The notes under the pieces were generated by a model. The model had not been told where the DNA came from and made no database searches. It worked only from the letters and a program-made list of their open reading frames with translations. Shown here piece by piece: positions 12,484-25,692 of a DNA stretch of 64,000 bases. How positions within the stretch are numbered: the first letter of the stretch is position 1; each line of letters begins with the position of its first letter. The stretch lies in assembly GCF_009914755.1 (NCBI RefSeq), contig NC_060929.1, one strand, 5' to 3'. Source of the DNA: the human T2T-CHM13v2.0 reference genome, Homo sapiens. Both the position numbers and the translations under genes were made by a program.

Positions 12484-15400
12484 AGAGGGAATCAACCCTG
12501 AAGTCTGGGCATTGGAAGGACAATTTGGAAGGGCAAAAAATGCCCACCCAGTCCAAATCAGGCTAAAAGACCCCACCACTTTTCCTTATTAAAGGCAATA
12601 TCCCTTAAGGCCTGAAGCTCATAAAGGTTTATAGGATATTGTTAAACACTTAGAAGCTCAAGGTTTAGTAAGGAAATGTAGCAGTCCCTGCAACATCCCA
12701 ATTATAGGAGTACAAAAACCAAATGGTCAGTGGAGACTAGTGCAAGATCTCAGACTCATCAGTGAGGCAGTAATTCCTCTATATCCAGTTGTACTCAATC
12801 CCTATACTCTGCTCTCTCAAATGCCAGAGGAAGCAGAATGGTTCACAGTTCTGGACCTTAAGGATGCCTTCTTCTGTATTCCCCTGCACTCTGACTCCCA
12901 GTTTCTCTTTGACTTTGAGGATCCCACATACCACACATCCCAACTTATGTGGACTCTCTTGCCCCAAGGGTTTAAGGATAGCCCTCACCTGTTTGGTCAG
13001 ACACTGGCCCAAGATCTAGGCCACTTCTCAAGTCCAGGCCCTCTGGTCCCTCAGTATATGGATGATTTACTTTTGGCTACCAGTTCAGAAGCCTCGTGCC
13101 AGCAGGCTACTCTAGATCTCTTCAACTTTATAGCTAATCAAGGGTACAAGATGTCGAGGTCGAAGGCCCAGCTTTGCCTACAGCAGGTCAAATATCTAGG
13201 CCTAATCTTAGCCAGAGGGACCAGGGCCTTCAGCAAGGAATGAATACAGCCTATACTGGCTTATCCTTACCCCAGGACATTAAAACAGTTGCAGGGGGGT
13301 TCCTTGGAATCACTGGCTTTTGCCGACTGTGGATCCCCAGATACAGCAAGATAGCCAGGCCCCTCTATACTCTAATCAAGGAGACCCAGAGGGCAAATAC
13401 TCATTTAGTAGAATGGGAACCAGAGGCAGAAACAGCCTTCAAAACCTTAAAGAAGGCCCTGGTACAAGCTCCAGTTTTAAGCCTTCCCACAGGACAAAAC
13501 TTCTCTTTATACATCACAGAGAAAGCAGGGATAGCTCTTGGAGTCCTTACTCAGACTTGTGGGACAACCCCACAACCAGTGGCATACCTAAGTAAGGAAA
13601 TTGATGTAGTAACAAAAGGCTGGCCTCACTGTTTATGGGTAGTTGTGGCAGTGGCTGTCTTAGTGTCAGAGGCTATCAAGATAATACAAGGAAAGGATCT
13701 CACTGTCTGGACTACTCATGATGTAAATGGCATGCTAGGTGCCAAAGGAAGTTTATGGCTATCAGACAGCCAACTACTTACATACCAGGTGCTACTCCTT
13801 GAGGGACCAGTGCTTCAAATACATATGTGCATGGCCCTCAACCCTGCCACTTTTCTCCCAAAGGATGGGGAACCAATCGAGCAAGACTGCCAACAAATTA
13901 TAGTCCAGAGTTATGCCACCTGAGAGGATCTCTTAGAAGTCCCCTTAACTAATCCTGACCTTAACCTATATACCGATGGAAGTTCATTTGTGGAGAATGG
14001 GATATGAAGGGCAGGTTATGCCATAGTTAGTGATGTAACCATACTTGAAAGTAAGCGTCTTCCCCCAGGGACCAGTGCCCAGTTAGCAGAACTAGTGGCA
14101 CTTACCCGAGCTTAGAACTGGGAAAGGGAAAAAGAATAAATGTGTATACAGATAGCAAGTATGTTTATCTAATCCTACATGCCCATGCTGCGATATGGAA
14201 AGAAAGGGAGTTCCTAACCTCTGGGGGAACCCCCATTAAATACCACAAGGAAATTATAGAGTTATTGCACGAAGTGCAAAAACCCAAGGAGGTGGCAGTC
14301 ATACACTGCCAAAGCCATCAGAAAGGTGAAGGAGAAAAGGCAGAAGGAAACCGTCAGGCAGATGCTGAGGCCAAAATTGCTGCCAGGCGGGACCCCCCCA
14401 TTAGAAATACCTACTGAAGGACCCTTGGTATGGAACAACCCCCTCCAAGAGGTTAAGCCCCAGTATTCTCCGACTGAAAGAGAATGGGGACTTTCACAGG
14501 GGCATAGTTTTCTCTCCTCAGGGTAGTTAATGACAGAAGAAGGAAAGGTACTGATACCCGAAGCCAGCCAGTGGAAAATACTTAAAACCCTCCACCAAAC
14601 TTTTCATATGGGTATTGAAAACACTCAAAGGGCCAAATCTCCTCTGAACCATCCAACAGGTAGTCAAAGCCTGTGAGTTGTGCCAATGGAATAATCCCTT
14701 GGTCCATCGTAAGGCCCCTTTGGGGGAACAAAGAATATGTCACTATCCTGGACAGGACTGGCAGTTAGACTTCACCCATATGCCTAAGTCAAAGGGATTT
14801 CAATACTTGTTGGTCTGTGTTAATACCTTTACAAATTGGATAGAAGCTTTCCCCTGCAAGACAGAGAAGTCTCAGGAAGTGATTAAAGTCCTAATTCATG
14901 AAATAATTCCTAGATTTGGGCTTCCCCAAAGCTTACAGAGCAACAATGGTCTGGCTTTTAAAGCCGCGATAACTCAGGGAATTTCCAGGGTGCTAGGGAT
15001 ACAGTATCACTTTCACTGTACCTGGAGGCCACAATCCTCAGGGAAGGGCGAGAAGGCAAATGAAACACTCAAGAGGCACTTAAGGAAACTAACACAAGAA
15101 ACTCATCTCCCATGGCCTACTCTTTTGCCCATGGCCTTGTTGAGAATCTGAAATTCTCCTCACAAAATGAGGCTCAGTCCATATGAAATGCTATATGGAC
15201 AACCTTTTCTCACAAATGACCTCCTACTTGATCAGGGAACAGCCAACTTGGTCAAAGATATAACTTCTTTGGCAAAATATAAACAAAACCTTAAAAACCT
15301 ACCTGAAGGATGTCACAGAAAAAAAGGAACAGAGTTGTTTCAACCAGGAGATCTAGTGTTGGTCAAATCTCTCCCCTCTACCTGCCCATCTATGGACTCT

Positions 15401-15673
15401 TTGTGGGAAGGAACATACTCAGTAATCTTCTCTACCCCCACTGCAGTTAAGGTGGCAGGAGTGGAATCTTGGACTCACCACACCCGAGTTAAACTTTGGA
15501 CATCCCCTGAGGAACCTGCAGGACCCTCAGCTCAGGAGTCCCAAGATCAGCCAGACCACCCTCGATACACCTGTGAACCATTGGAGGACTTACATCTCCT
15601 ATTTCAGAAGGAAACATCCCAGACTAAAAAGGCTCCTACCACTGATCCTGTGGAAAAACCCCTTCCTCCTTAA
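12421..15673 (+). pseudogene. pol: HERV9 pol (RT, RNase H, integrase), with multiple stops and frameshifts
   Basis: WFTVLDLKDAFF, LPQGFKDSP, YMDD, FLGITGFCRLWIP, YTDSKY, WQLDFTHMP, SPYEMLYG spread over ORFs 12740-15673. Confidence 0.95.
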
Positions 15674-15744
15674 AAAAGGTAAGTGAAAACAGCATACTAA
15701 CCATACTCTTTGCAATAGGACTATATACTGTAGCTCCTACCAGG

Positions 15745-17545
15745 ATGAAAATCCTAATCACATCAACCTTCTTTCTTCAATCTTCCTTCCTTTTGACAGC
15801 AATTTACTCCTACCTTTAACTCAGACTAGATAAAATAATCTTGTCTTCCAGAGCACCCTCTTTACCTTCTTATTTGCTCTTTCCCTACGTATATCCCTCC
15901 TGCTTCCTTGGATACCTCACACAATCACAACCTCCCCTTCCACTAGCTCCTAATTGTCTCTACAAGACTCTCAACTTAACGCACTCTCTGTTAAACCAGT
16001 CCAATCCTTCCCTGGCAAATGACTGTTGGCTTTGAATCTCTCTATCAACCTCTGCTTACGTTGCCAATCCCATTCCCCCAAAAAACTGGGTCTTTACCAA
16101 CTTAACCTACCACCCTCATTATGAAGGAAAAGACCCTTTCTGACTTCTAAATATGCAATCATTGACTGACTTCCCCATCTCTGATAGGACCAAGAATACC
16201 CTAATAGGACATGCAATCCAACTTTTACGTTCTTACATTTCCAACCTCACCTATTACACAAGCGATGAAAAGCCGATACATGGCCCTGTAACTATGAATA
16301 CCATTTTAACTTTCCAAGCCCCTTTACGCATCCAACGCAACCTGTTATCAGGCCTGGCCCTGGGGCACCTACTACCCCATCAGTGTAATTACACCCTACA
16401 ACTTCAAGCCCCAACTGATCATAGTAACTTCCGAGTCACCCGAACAGCTCCATTCAGATGGTTTGTCCGCTTCTCAAGGCCCCCAAAAATCATCACCTCC
16501 TCCCTGCTTAACAAACACTCCAGGTTTTGTAATGGCAAACATACTCCCTGTATGACCATTCATCCCTGGACTCCCTCCAGCAGTGCCCCTACCACTCGTG
16601 AATGCCTTCTCATCCCCTCTTTCAATCACTCTCTTGAATGGTTCCTAGTGGATACAAAACACTTTTTTCTCCAATGGGAAAATAGAACACAGGGAGCCAC
16701 TCAGTTTGCTCCCAACACCCCTTTCCAGCCGCTCACTGGAGCTACCTTGGCAAGTACTCTAGGAGTATGGGAAAATGAAAAACACAAATTCACACACCTT
16801 TTTGACATATACAACCAGTTCTGTCTACCCAGCCAAGGTATATTCTTCTTATGTGGAACATCGACCTATATCTGCCTCCCCACTAACTGGACAGGCACCT
16901 GTGCCTTAGTCTTTCTAAGTCCCAACATTAACATTGCCCCAGGAAATCAGACCTTATCAGTACCCCTCAAAGTTCAAGTCTGTCAGCACAGAGCCATCCG
17001 TGCTAATACCCCTACTTATAGGGTTAGGAATGGCTACTGCTACAGGAACCAGAATAGCCAGTTTATCTACTTGATTATCCTACTACCACACACTCTCAAA
17101 GGATTTCTCAGACAGTTTGCAAGGAACAACGAAATCTATCCTTACTCTACAATCCCATATAGACTCTCTGGCAGCAGTGATTCTCCAAAACCACCGAGGC
17201 CTAGACCTCCTCACTGCTGAGAAAGGAAGACTCTGCACCTTCTTAGGGGAAGAGTGTTATTTTTACACTAACCAGTCAGGGATAGTACGAGATGCCACCC
17301 TGCATTTGCAGGAAAAGGTTTCTGAAATCAGACAACGCCTTTCAAACTCTTATACCAACCTCTGGAGTTGGACAACATGGCTTCTCCCCTTTCTAGGTCC
17401 CATGGCAGCCATCTTGCTGTTACTTGCCTTTGGGCCCTGTATCTTTAACCTTGTCAAATTTGTCTCCTCTAGAATCTAGGCCATCAAGCTACAGATGGTC
17501 TTACAAAGGGAACCCCAAATGAGCTCAACTAACGACTTCTACTGA
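15745..17545 (+). pseudogene. env: HERV9 env, disrupted
   Basis: SU ORF 16153-17220 (FFLCGTSTYICLPTNWTGTC); TM ORF 17117-17479 with immunosuppressive domain LQNHRGLDLLTAEKG; CWLC motif ends in a stop, CX6CC reads CX6CY, frameshift at the SU/TM cleavage site. Confidence 0.93.
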
Positions 17546-17678
17546 GGACCCCTGGACCAAACCACTTCCCCTCTAGAGGATACTACAACTGCAGGGCTGC
17601 TTCTTCACCCCTATCCAGCAGGAAGTAGCTAGAGCGGTCATCAGCCAAATTCCCAACAGCAGTTGGGGTGTCCTGTTT

Positions 17679-17689
17679 AAAGGGGGAAT
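17679..17689 (+). promoter_or_regulatory. Polypurine tract
   Basis: AAAGGGGGAAT immediately before the 3' LTR TGAGAG. Confidence 0.8.
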
Positions 17690-18979
17690 TGAGAGATAAC
17701 AACGTGCTAGCAGCCCTCACTTGCTCTCAGCACCTCCTTGGCCTCAGTGTCCACTCTGGCCACGCTTGAAGAGCCCTTCAGCCCGCCACTGTGCTATGAG
17801 GGACCCTCTCTGGGGCTGGCTGAGGCTGGAGCCAGCTCCCACTGCTCACGGGGAGGTGTGGAGGAACAGGCACAGGCAGGAACCGGGGCTGTGTGCAGTG
17901 CTCACAGGCCAGCGTGGGTTCCGGGTGGGCGCAGGCTTGGCAGGCCCCACACTTGGTGCGTCTGGCCGACGACTGCTGGGATTGATCAGAGTCTGGGTCC
18001 CATGCCTGGACCACCGTTCCCTCTTTGCAGGGTCATTGGCCATGATGGAGGGTCTCCGTCTCTTTCTCGCTTCCCCTCTTTTCCTCTTGGTTGTCTGGGA
18101 CGAGCTCCTTCTGGGCTGCCAGAGTGCCTGGGCTAGGAGCTGCAGAGTCCTGTGGTGAGTGCCAGTTAGAGGTGAAGCTGGCTGGGCTTCTGGGATGGGT
18201 GGGGACTTGGAGAACTTTTCTGTCTAGCTAAAGGATTGTAAATGTACCAGTCAGCACTCTGTGTCTAGCTAAAGGTTTGTAAACACACCAATCAGCGCTG
18301 TATGTCTAGCTAATCTGGTGGGGACTTAGAGAACTTTTGTGTCTAGCTAAAGGATTATAAATGCACAAATCAGCACTCTGTGTCTAGCTAAAGGATCATA
18401 AATGCACCAATCAGCACTCTGTCAAAATGGACCAATCAGTTGTCTATAAAATGGACCAATCAGCTCTCTGTAAAATGGGCCAATCAGCTCTCTGTAAAAT
18501 GGACCAATCAGCAGGATGTGGGTGGGACCAGATAAGGGAATAAAAGCAGGCCACCCGAGCCAGCAGTGGCAACCCACTCGGGTTCCCTTCCACTCTGTGG
18601 AAGCTTTGTTCTTTCACTCTTCGCAGTAAATCTTGCTGCTGCTCACTCTTTGGGTCCACTCTGCCTTTCTGAGCTGTAACACTCACCGCGAAGGTCTGCA
18701 GCTTCACTCCTGAAGCCAGCAAGACTACAAACCCACTGGGAGGGATGAACAGCTCCGGACGGGAGGAACGAACAACTCTGGACACGCCACCTTTATGAAC
18801 TGTAACAGTCACTGTGAAGGTCTGCAGCTTCACTCCTGAGGCCAGCAAGACCATAAACCCACCGGAAGGAACGAACAACTCCAGATGTGCCGCCTTTAAG
18901 GACTGTAACACTCACCACAAGGGTCCGCGGCTTCATTCTTGAAGTCAGCAAGACCAAGAACCCACCAATTCCAGACACA
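17690..18979 (+). promoter_or_regulatory. 3' LTR (LTR12 family), 1290 bp
   Basis: Colinear with the 5' LTR, with extra repeat units; ends CCAGACACA. Confidence 0.95.
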
Positions 18980-18983
18980 GCAT

Positions 18984-20414
18984 CACATTACCTGACTTCA
19001 AATTATACTACAAGACTACAATAACCAAAACAGCATAGTACTGGTAAGGCACATAGAACAATAGAACAGAAAGAGAACCCAGAAATAAGACCACACATCT
19101 ACAACCATCTGATCTTTGACAAAGCTGACATAAGCAGTGGGGAAAATAATCCCTATTCAATAAATAGTGCTGGGAGAACTGGCTAGCCATATGCAGAAGA
19201 TTGAAGCAGGACCCCTTCCTTATGCCTTCTAAAAAAATCAACTCAAGATGGATTAAAGACTTACATGTAGAACACAAAACTATAAAAACCCTGAAAGACA
19301 ACCTAGGCAATACCCTCCTGGACACAGGAACAGGCAGATTTCATGACAAAGACACTAAAAGCAATTGCAACAAAAGCAAAAATTGACAAGTGGGATCTAA
19401 TTAAACTTAAGAGCTTCTGCACAGGAAAAGAAACTATCAAGATGGTAAATAGACAACCTACAGGATGGGAGAAAATATTTGCTAATTATGCACCTGACAA
19501 AGATCTAATATTCAGCATCTATAAGGAACTTAAATTTACAAGAGAAAAATAATCCCATTGAAAAGTGGGTAAAGGACATGAATACACACTGCTCAAAAGA
19601 CAACATACTTGTGGCCAACAAGCATATGAAAAAAGCTCAGTATCACTGATCATTAGAGAAATGCAATCCAAAACCACAATGAGATACCATCTTACACCAG
19701 TCAGAATGGCTAATATTAAAAAGTCAAAAAATAACAGGTGCTGGCAAGGTCGCAGAGAAAAGGGAACCCTTATACACTGTTGGTAGGAGTGTAAATTACT
19801 TCAACCATTGTGGAAATCAACATGTTAATTCCTCAAAGAGCTAAAATCAGAACTACCATTTGACCCAGTAATCCCATTACTGGGTATATACCCAGATGAC
19901 TATAAATCATTCTACCATAAAGACACGTGCTAGTGAATGTTCTTTGCAGCACTATTCACAAGAGCAAAGACATAGAGTCAACCTAAATGCCCATCAGTGA
20001 CAGACTGGATAAAGAAAATGTGGTACGTATACACCATGGCATACTATGCAGCCACAAAGAACAAGTCATGCCTTTTGCAGGAACATGGATAGAGCTGGAG
20101 GCTATTATCCTTAGCAAACTAATGCAGGAACAGAAAACCAAATACGCATGTTCTCATTTATATGTAGGAGCTAAATGATAAGAACTTACGAACACGAAGA
20201 AGAAAACAACAGACAGTGGGGTCTACTTGAGGGGTGGGGGGTAGGAGGAGGGAGAAGAACAGAAAAGGTAACTATTGGGTATTCGGCTTAATACTTGGGT
20301 TATGAAATAATATGTACAACAAACCCCCATGACACATGTTTACTTATGTAACAAACCTTCACCTGTATCCCCAAACCTAAAAGTTAAAAAAAAAACCTAA
20401 AAAAAAAAAAAAAA
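18984..20414 (+). mobile_element. Inner L1 (L1PA14-like), 3' piece with 3'UTR and poly(A)
   Basis: ORF2 C-terminal remnants; 3'UTR GAACTTACGAACACGAAGAAG...AACCTTCAC; poly(A). Confidence 0.9.
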
Positions 20415-20424
20415 CTGGGCAAAG

Positions 20425-21242
20425 GACATGAACAGACATTGTTCAAAAGAAGACATACAACCAACAAGCAGATGAAAAAAAACTCAACATCACTGATTAG
20501 AGAAACATAAACCAAAACCACAATGAGATACCGTATCACACCAGTCAGAAGGACTATTATTAAAAAGTCAAAAACAGCAGTTGCTGGCAAGGTTACAGGG
20601 AAAAGAAAACATTTATACACTGCTGGTGGGAGTGTAAATTAGCCATTAGGGAAAGCAGTTTGATGATTTCTCAAAGAACTTAAAAGAGAGGTACCATTCA
20701 ACCCAGCAATCAATTATTGGGTCTACACCCGAAGGAATCCAAGTTGTACTACCATAAAGACACACATATGCATATGTTTATTGCAGCACTGGTCACAATA
20801 GCAAAGACATGGAATCAACCTAAATGCCCATCAATGGTAGACTGGATAAAGTAAATGTGGTACATATACCCCATGGAATACTACACAGCCATAAAATGGA
20901 ACAAAATCATGTCCTTTGCAGCAACATGGTTGGAGCTGGAAGTCATTATCCTGAGCAAACTAACACAGGAACAGAAAACCAAATACCACACATGTTAGCT
21001 TACAAGTGAGAGCTAAACACTGAGTACACATAGATACAAAAGAACAGCAGATACCAGATACCAGGGCCTACTTGAGGTAGAGGTGGGAGGATGGAGAGGA
21101 TCAAAAAACTATTATCAGGTACTATGTTTATTACTTGGGTGGTGAAATAATTTGTACATCAAACCCCCCATGAGATAAAATTTACCTATATAACAAACCT
21201 GCACATGTACCCTTGAGCCTAAAATACAAGTTAAAAAAAAAA
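20425..21242 (+). mobile_element. Outer L1 (L1PA15/16-like), 3' piece
   Basis: Continues from GGCAAAG|GACATGAACAGAC; 3'UTR GCTAAACACTGAGTACACA; A-tail and TSD. Confidence 0.9.
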
Positions 21243-21732
21243 GAAATATGTAAAGACCCAAGGGACAATACTGCAGAAAAATTCAGGAAGCCCAGTGAGT
21301 AAAACCACTGGGTTTATCAGTTTAAATGATAATTACAGTTTGAGTAAAAGCAATGGATACAAAAGCCAAGCTGTAAAAGCCTGAAAGAAATTATCAAGGA
21401 TGAATTGTCAAAATGATAGGTTCTTAGAAGGCTTTGGCCATCATGGAAAAGAGAGAAACTTGATTTAGATCACAAGTGGCATAATTAAGTACCATAATCA
21501 GTATCACCAAGTCAATCAAGTATTTCTTAAAGTCACTAAATATTCAAAAGTATTATAATATCATAGAAGTAGCACTAGTTTAGTAATCTGAACATCTGAA
21601 TTCTAATTTCAAACATTACCTGTGTTTGAAATTAGAACATATCTATTTTCTTCCCTTGGTGAAAAAAAGAGGTGGTTTTGGAGATGCGAAACTCTATAAA
21701 TATGACTTTGGATCATCCTTCCCCTAAGGAGT

Positions 21733-22065
21733 GGATGCGTGAGAAAGGAGCCACAAAGAACAAGTCATGTCTTTTTTGGGAACATGGATGGAGCTAGAGG
21801 CTATTATCCTTAGCAAACGAATGCAGGAACAAAAAACCAAATACGCATGTTCTCACTTATATGTGGGAGCTAATTGATGAGAACTTATGAACACGAAGAA
21901 GAAAACAACAGACAGTGGGGTCTACTGGAGAGGGGAGGGTAGGAGGAGGGAGAAGTAGTACTTTACACTCCCACAGGGTATAAGGGTTCCCTTTTCTCTG
22001 CAACCTTGCCAGCATCTGCTATTTTTGACTTTTTAAAAAAGTGGAGAGGATGCGTGAGAAAGGAG
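21733..22065. other. Bipartite L1-derived insertion flanked by 18-bp direct repeats
   Basis: GGATGCGTGAGAAAGGAG at 21733-21750 and 22048-22065; inside are a sense copy of about 20052-20257 and an inverted copy of about 19716-19798. Confidence 0.9.
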
Positions 22066-22792
22066 AGCTGAGAGAATGCAACGCGAAGCCTTGTTCGACT
22101 ACTGGACTCTGGACATGCCAATCATCTTCACTTTGTACATGAGCATCTGCTTTGTACATAAGCAGAGGGCTGAAGGGATCTCTCAGACCAGAAACAGAAA
22201 CATGTAGCCAATCACAGACTGGAGTGTAAGTCTGCCTCTGGTTACTGCAAGGAAGTAATTTATTATAGTGGAGTTACAAGAAACATGGGCATTGGCTTGG
22301 TCCGCATGTGTCTTACTGTGAACTGTCTCCAGATGTTAGCTAGAATTGCTCAGAGTCATCAAAAAGTTAAATAATCCTGGAACATCCAGTGAATAAGCTT
22401 GCAGCAAGTTTCAGGGAAAAGGTCAAGGTGAGGACAGAAATTTCTGGGATCATCAACTCTAAACTGTAAGTTCTTCCATCTGACTCCAAATACCTTGAGA
22501 ACAGAAGGCATACCTTCCGTGCATTTATTCAACAAATATTGGAACCCCAGGATGTGTTAGACTCCATGCTGGGTGTTAGAAATGGAAGAGCAAATGTTAT
22601 TTACTAATACTCCAACCAGCATAAATAACAATTTTGAACGGAAGGGGTCTTTGCTTTTCAGGTGAAGAGGACCACATGGGGTTCGGGAAAAGAATCTTTA
22701 GAAGTCAACATAAAAATATCTTTCTAATTCAGAAGCAGATGATATATTTACCCACACATTGGGAGAAAACCACAAAGCAGTTTTCCAGTAGA

Positions 22793-24265
22793 AAGCAATT
22801 ACAAACAACACAACTTGTAATAATGGAGAAAATAATTTAATAGAAAACAGAAAATGATGAGCATAGACAAAGCAAAACTACTCTGCACAAAAAGATCCCC
22901 TTATGAGTAGAAAACAACTTCCACTGCTCCTGGCAAAACAAACAAACAAACCTGGATAGGATTTAGACTGTAGATGTACTTAAAACACAAATGTACTTCA
23001 GGCCAGAAGTAGGATTGCCAGATCTCATCTGCAACTAAAGAGAGTGAAGTACGGATCCGAAAAATAGAAGTGTGCTTGTTGCTATGCTCTTGAAAATTTT
23101 AGGATGCTTCTCCTGGCTTTGGGGGAAAATATGTTTTTTGAAAACTACCGAACTGGGAGCACAAACTGTTCTCTCTGTTCAAATAGCAAAAGCAATAGAT
23201 GATGAGGGTCCCTACCTCTTCTCCAAAGTAGAGCTGGACTAGTTCAGAATCTGTAAGAGTAACAGAGTTTAAGTAGACAGAAAATGTAAAACAAAAAGGC
23301 ATAAAATGGGACTGTGCTTCCAAAGAATACAATTGCCTTAAGAAACTCACCCTATGGTTAACCTGGGCAAGAAATTCACTCTCTGCCCCTCTATCTCTTG
23401 GTCCATTCCCCAGAGTAACTCTATCACACAGGAATGTAATTGTTTTCTACTTCACTAAGTACTCACTCCTACAGTTTTTCACCTCATTTGAGATCAGTTT
23501 GACAGGCAATACCGCTAACTGGCAGAAGAGGACAGTGTGGAGCTTTCGGCTTGTACACATTCGGGCCCCTTTCAGTGTAACAATTCTGAATGTAAACACA
23601 CAAATATGCGTTCTCTCATCAAGAGGAACAAAAGCAGAAGGAAGGTTGGCATTTAAAGAAGAGAACGATGGAGACCAGTACCCATGTGTAAAAGAATTAA
23701 AACATTTGAAAGGATTATAAATTTGGGGGCAGTAGAATGAGTGACCAGTCCCTACAATGTTCTCTTTCAATTAAACACGAACTCATGTGCTTCTTTCTTG
23801 GACTTGCTATGTCAACATCACTTGTCCATCCTTTGTTTATTTCACTTCATGAGCTCCTTGTCATTTAATTAATGCTTTGAGATGAAACATGAAATTTCCT
23901 TATCAATTCATTTCGAAAATATATTCTGACTTGTTAATATCTCTCTTCTTTGAAAGAACATTTCTATAGCTTATATTACAAGGAATGACAAGGGCAATTA
24001 ACATTAAAAACTGAGCAGAACAAAGCTATGGTAATGAGGAGTGCTACAATTCATTCACCAAGACGCCCAGTGATAAAAGGATAAAATGAACCTACCTTTC
24101 TCTTTCTGATAACAAAGCAATTACAACTTGTAAAGTAACATGGAGAAAATAATAATTTAATAGAAAACAGAGAATGGTAGGCACAGACAAACACAAAGGA
24201 AAACAACTCTGCACAAAAGATAATTCACTTTATCACAACTTCCCATTGTGAGTAGAAAACGACTT
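22793..24265 (+). repeat. Diverged dispersed direct duplication (22793-22920 / 24114-24265)
   Basis: Shared AATAATTTAATAGAAAACAG, TGGAGAAAATAAT, CTCTGCACAAAA and TGAGTAGAAAAC in the same order. Confidence 0.85.
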
Positions 24266-24719
24266 GCCAAAAATGTCAGGATACACAGCAATATTTTTCC
24301 CCAGAAAAAAAATAATTTTCTCGTATTGGTATTCAGAAGGTTGCTAGCAGAACAATACAAAGAAAGTCTTTGAAAGTAGTAAGCAAGGAAGCACAAGTAG
24401 AGGTCAAGCAAGGATAGTACGATAATGCACACACCCACACCAACGTACAGACACAAACATACTCACACTTAGCGACTAGAATTCCAAGAAAAAGAATTAT
24501 GAATTGGAGACCACAGGATTAACATTCTGAACGAGCAATCAACATTTGGACCAAATGAGATATGGCAGCCTCATGACCTTCAAAGATACGTGGGAGGACT
24601 CCAGCTGCCAAGACAATGTCAGCAGTTCCCACAGAATGCCAGGCAGACCCAGGCTGCAGAAAGCACATCTGTGGACCAACCCCAGTTCAACCATCTCTGG
24701 TTAAAAGGTGTTCTCATCA

Positions 24720-25010
24720 GCTGAGTGCATTGGCTCACACCTGTAATCCCAACACTTTAGAAGGCCGATGCGACAGGATCACCTGAGGCCAGGAGTTTGA
24801 GACCAGCCCTAGCAACATAGTGAGAACCTGTCTCTACCAAAAATATAAATAAAATTTAAAAATTAGGTGGGAGTGGTGGCACATGTTACTAGCTACTAGG
24901 GAGGTTAAGGCCCAAGAGTTCGGGATTCAGTGAGTTATGATCAGACAACCATACTCCAGCCCGGATGGCAGATTTTTCCCAAACACTTTTTTGATTAAAA
25001 AAATAAAAAA
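24720..25010 (+). mobile_element. Degraded AluJ
   Basis: Recognisable left arm, eroded right arm; flanks GTGTTCTCATC / GTGCTCATC. Confidence 0.8.
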
Positions 25011-25354
25011 AGTGCTCATCAAAGAACTTAAGCATGAAACTGATAGCCAAGGTGGTTAAGCTTCTGTTTGTAGCCCTGAAGCTTACTCCCAGAGTATTAA
25101 ATCACTTCCATTGTTTCATCTTAAAATTGGGAATGGCGCCACTCACATGAAGATCAGGTAATGATTATAGAGTGTTCCAAAACTAACTATTAAATATTAT
25201 AAGATACAATACATGCAAGAATCAGCCTACACAGCAGATACGGGCTCCATGCTACTCATACCATGCACGTCACTCTCCAGGTGTTATTGATTGTGTGAGA
25301 AAAAGCATAGAATTCAGACTGTTTCCCATCTTTAGAGGGAACTGTATCTTCCTA

Positions 25355-25692
<338 letters not shown>

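Larger units (their letters stand above)
9508..18979 (+). mobile_element. HERV9 (ERV9) provirus, defective
   Basis: Two LTR12-type LTRs with TG...CA ends; 4-bp TSD GCAT (9504-9507, 18980-18983); PBS, gag/pol/env remnants and PPT; L1 ORF2 reads continuously across the site (GCTGGAGGCAT|CACATTACCTGAC). Confidence 0.97.

Noticed and set aside
16153-17220. 355-aa env ORF as a domesticated syncytin- or suppressyn-like gene
   Set aside because: The signal peptide and CXXC region are cut off by upstream stops, the SU/TM site is frameshifted, and CX6CC is mutated. It reads as a neutral remnant.
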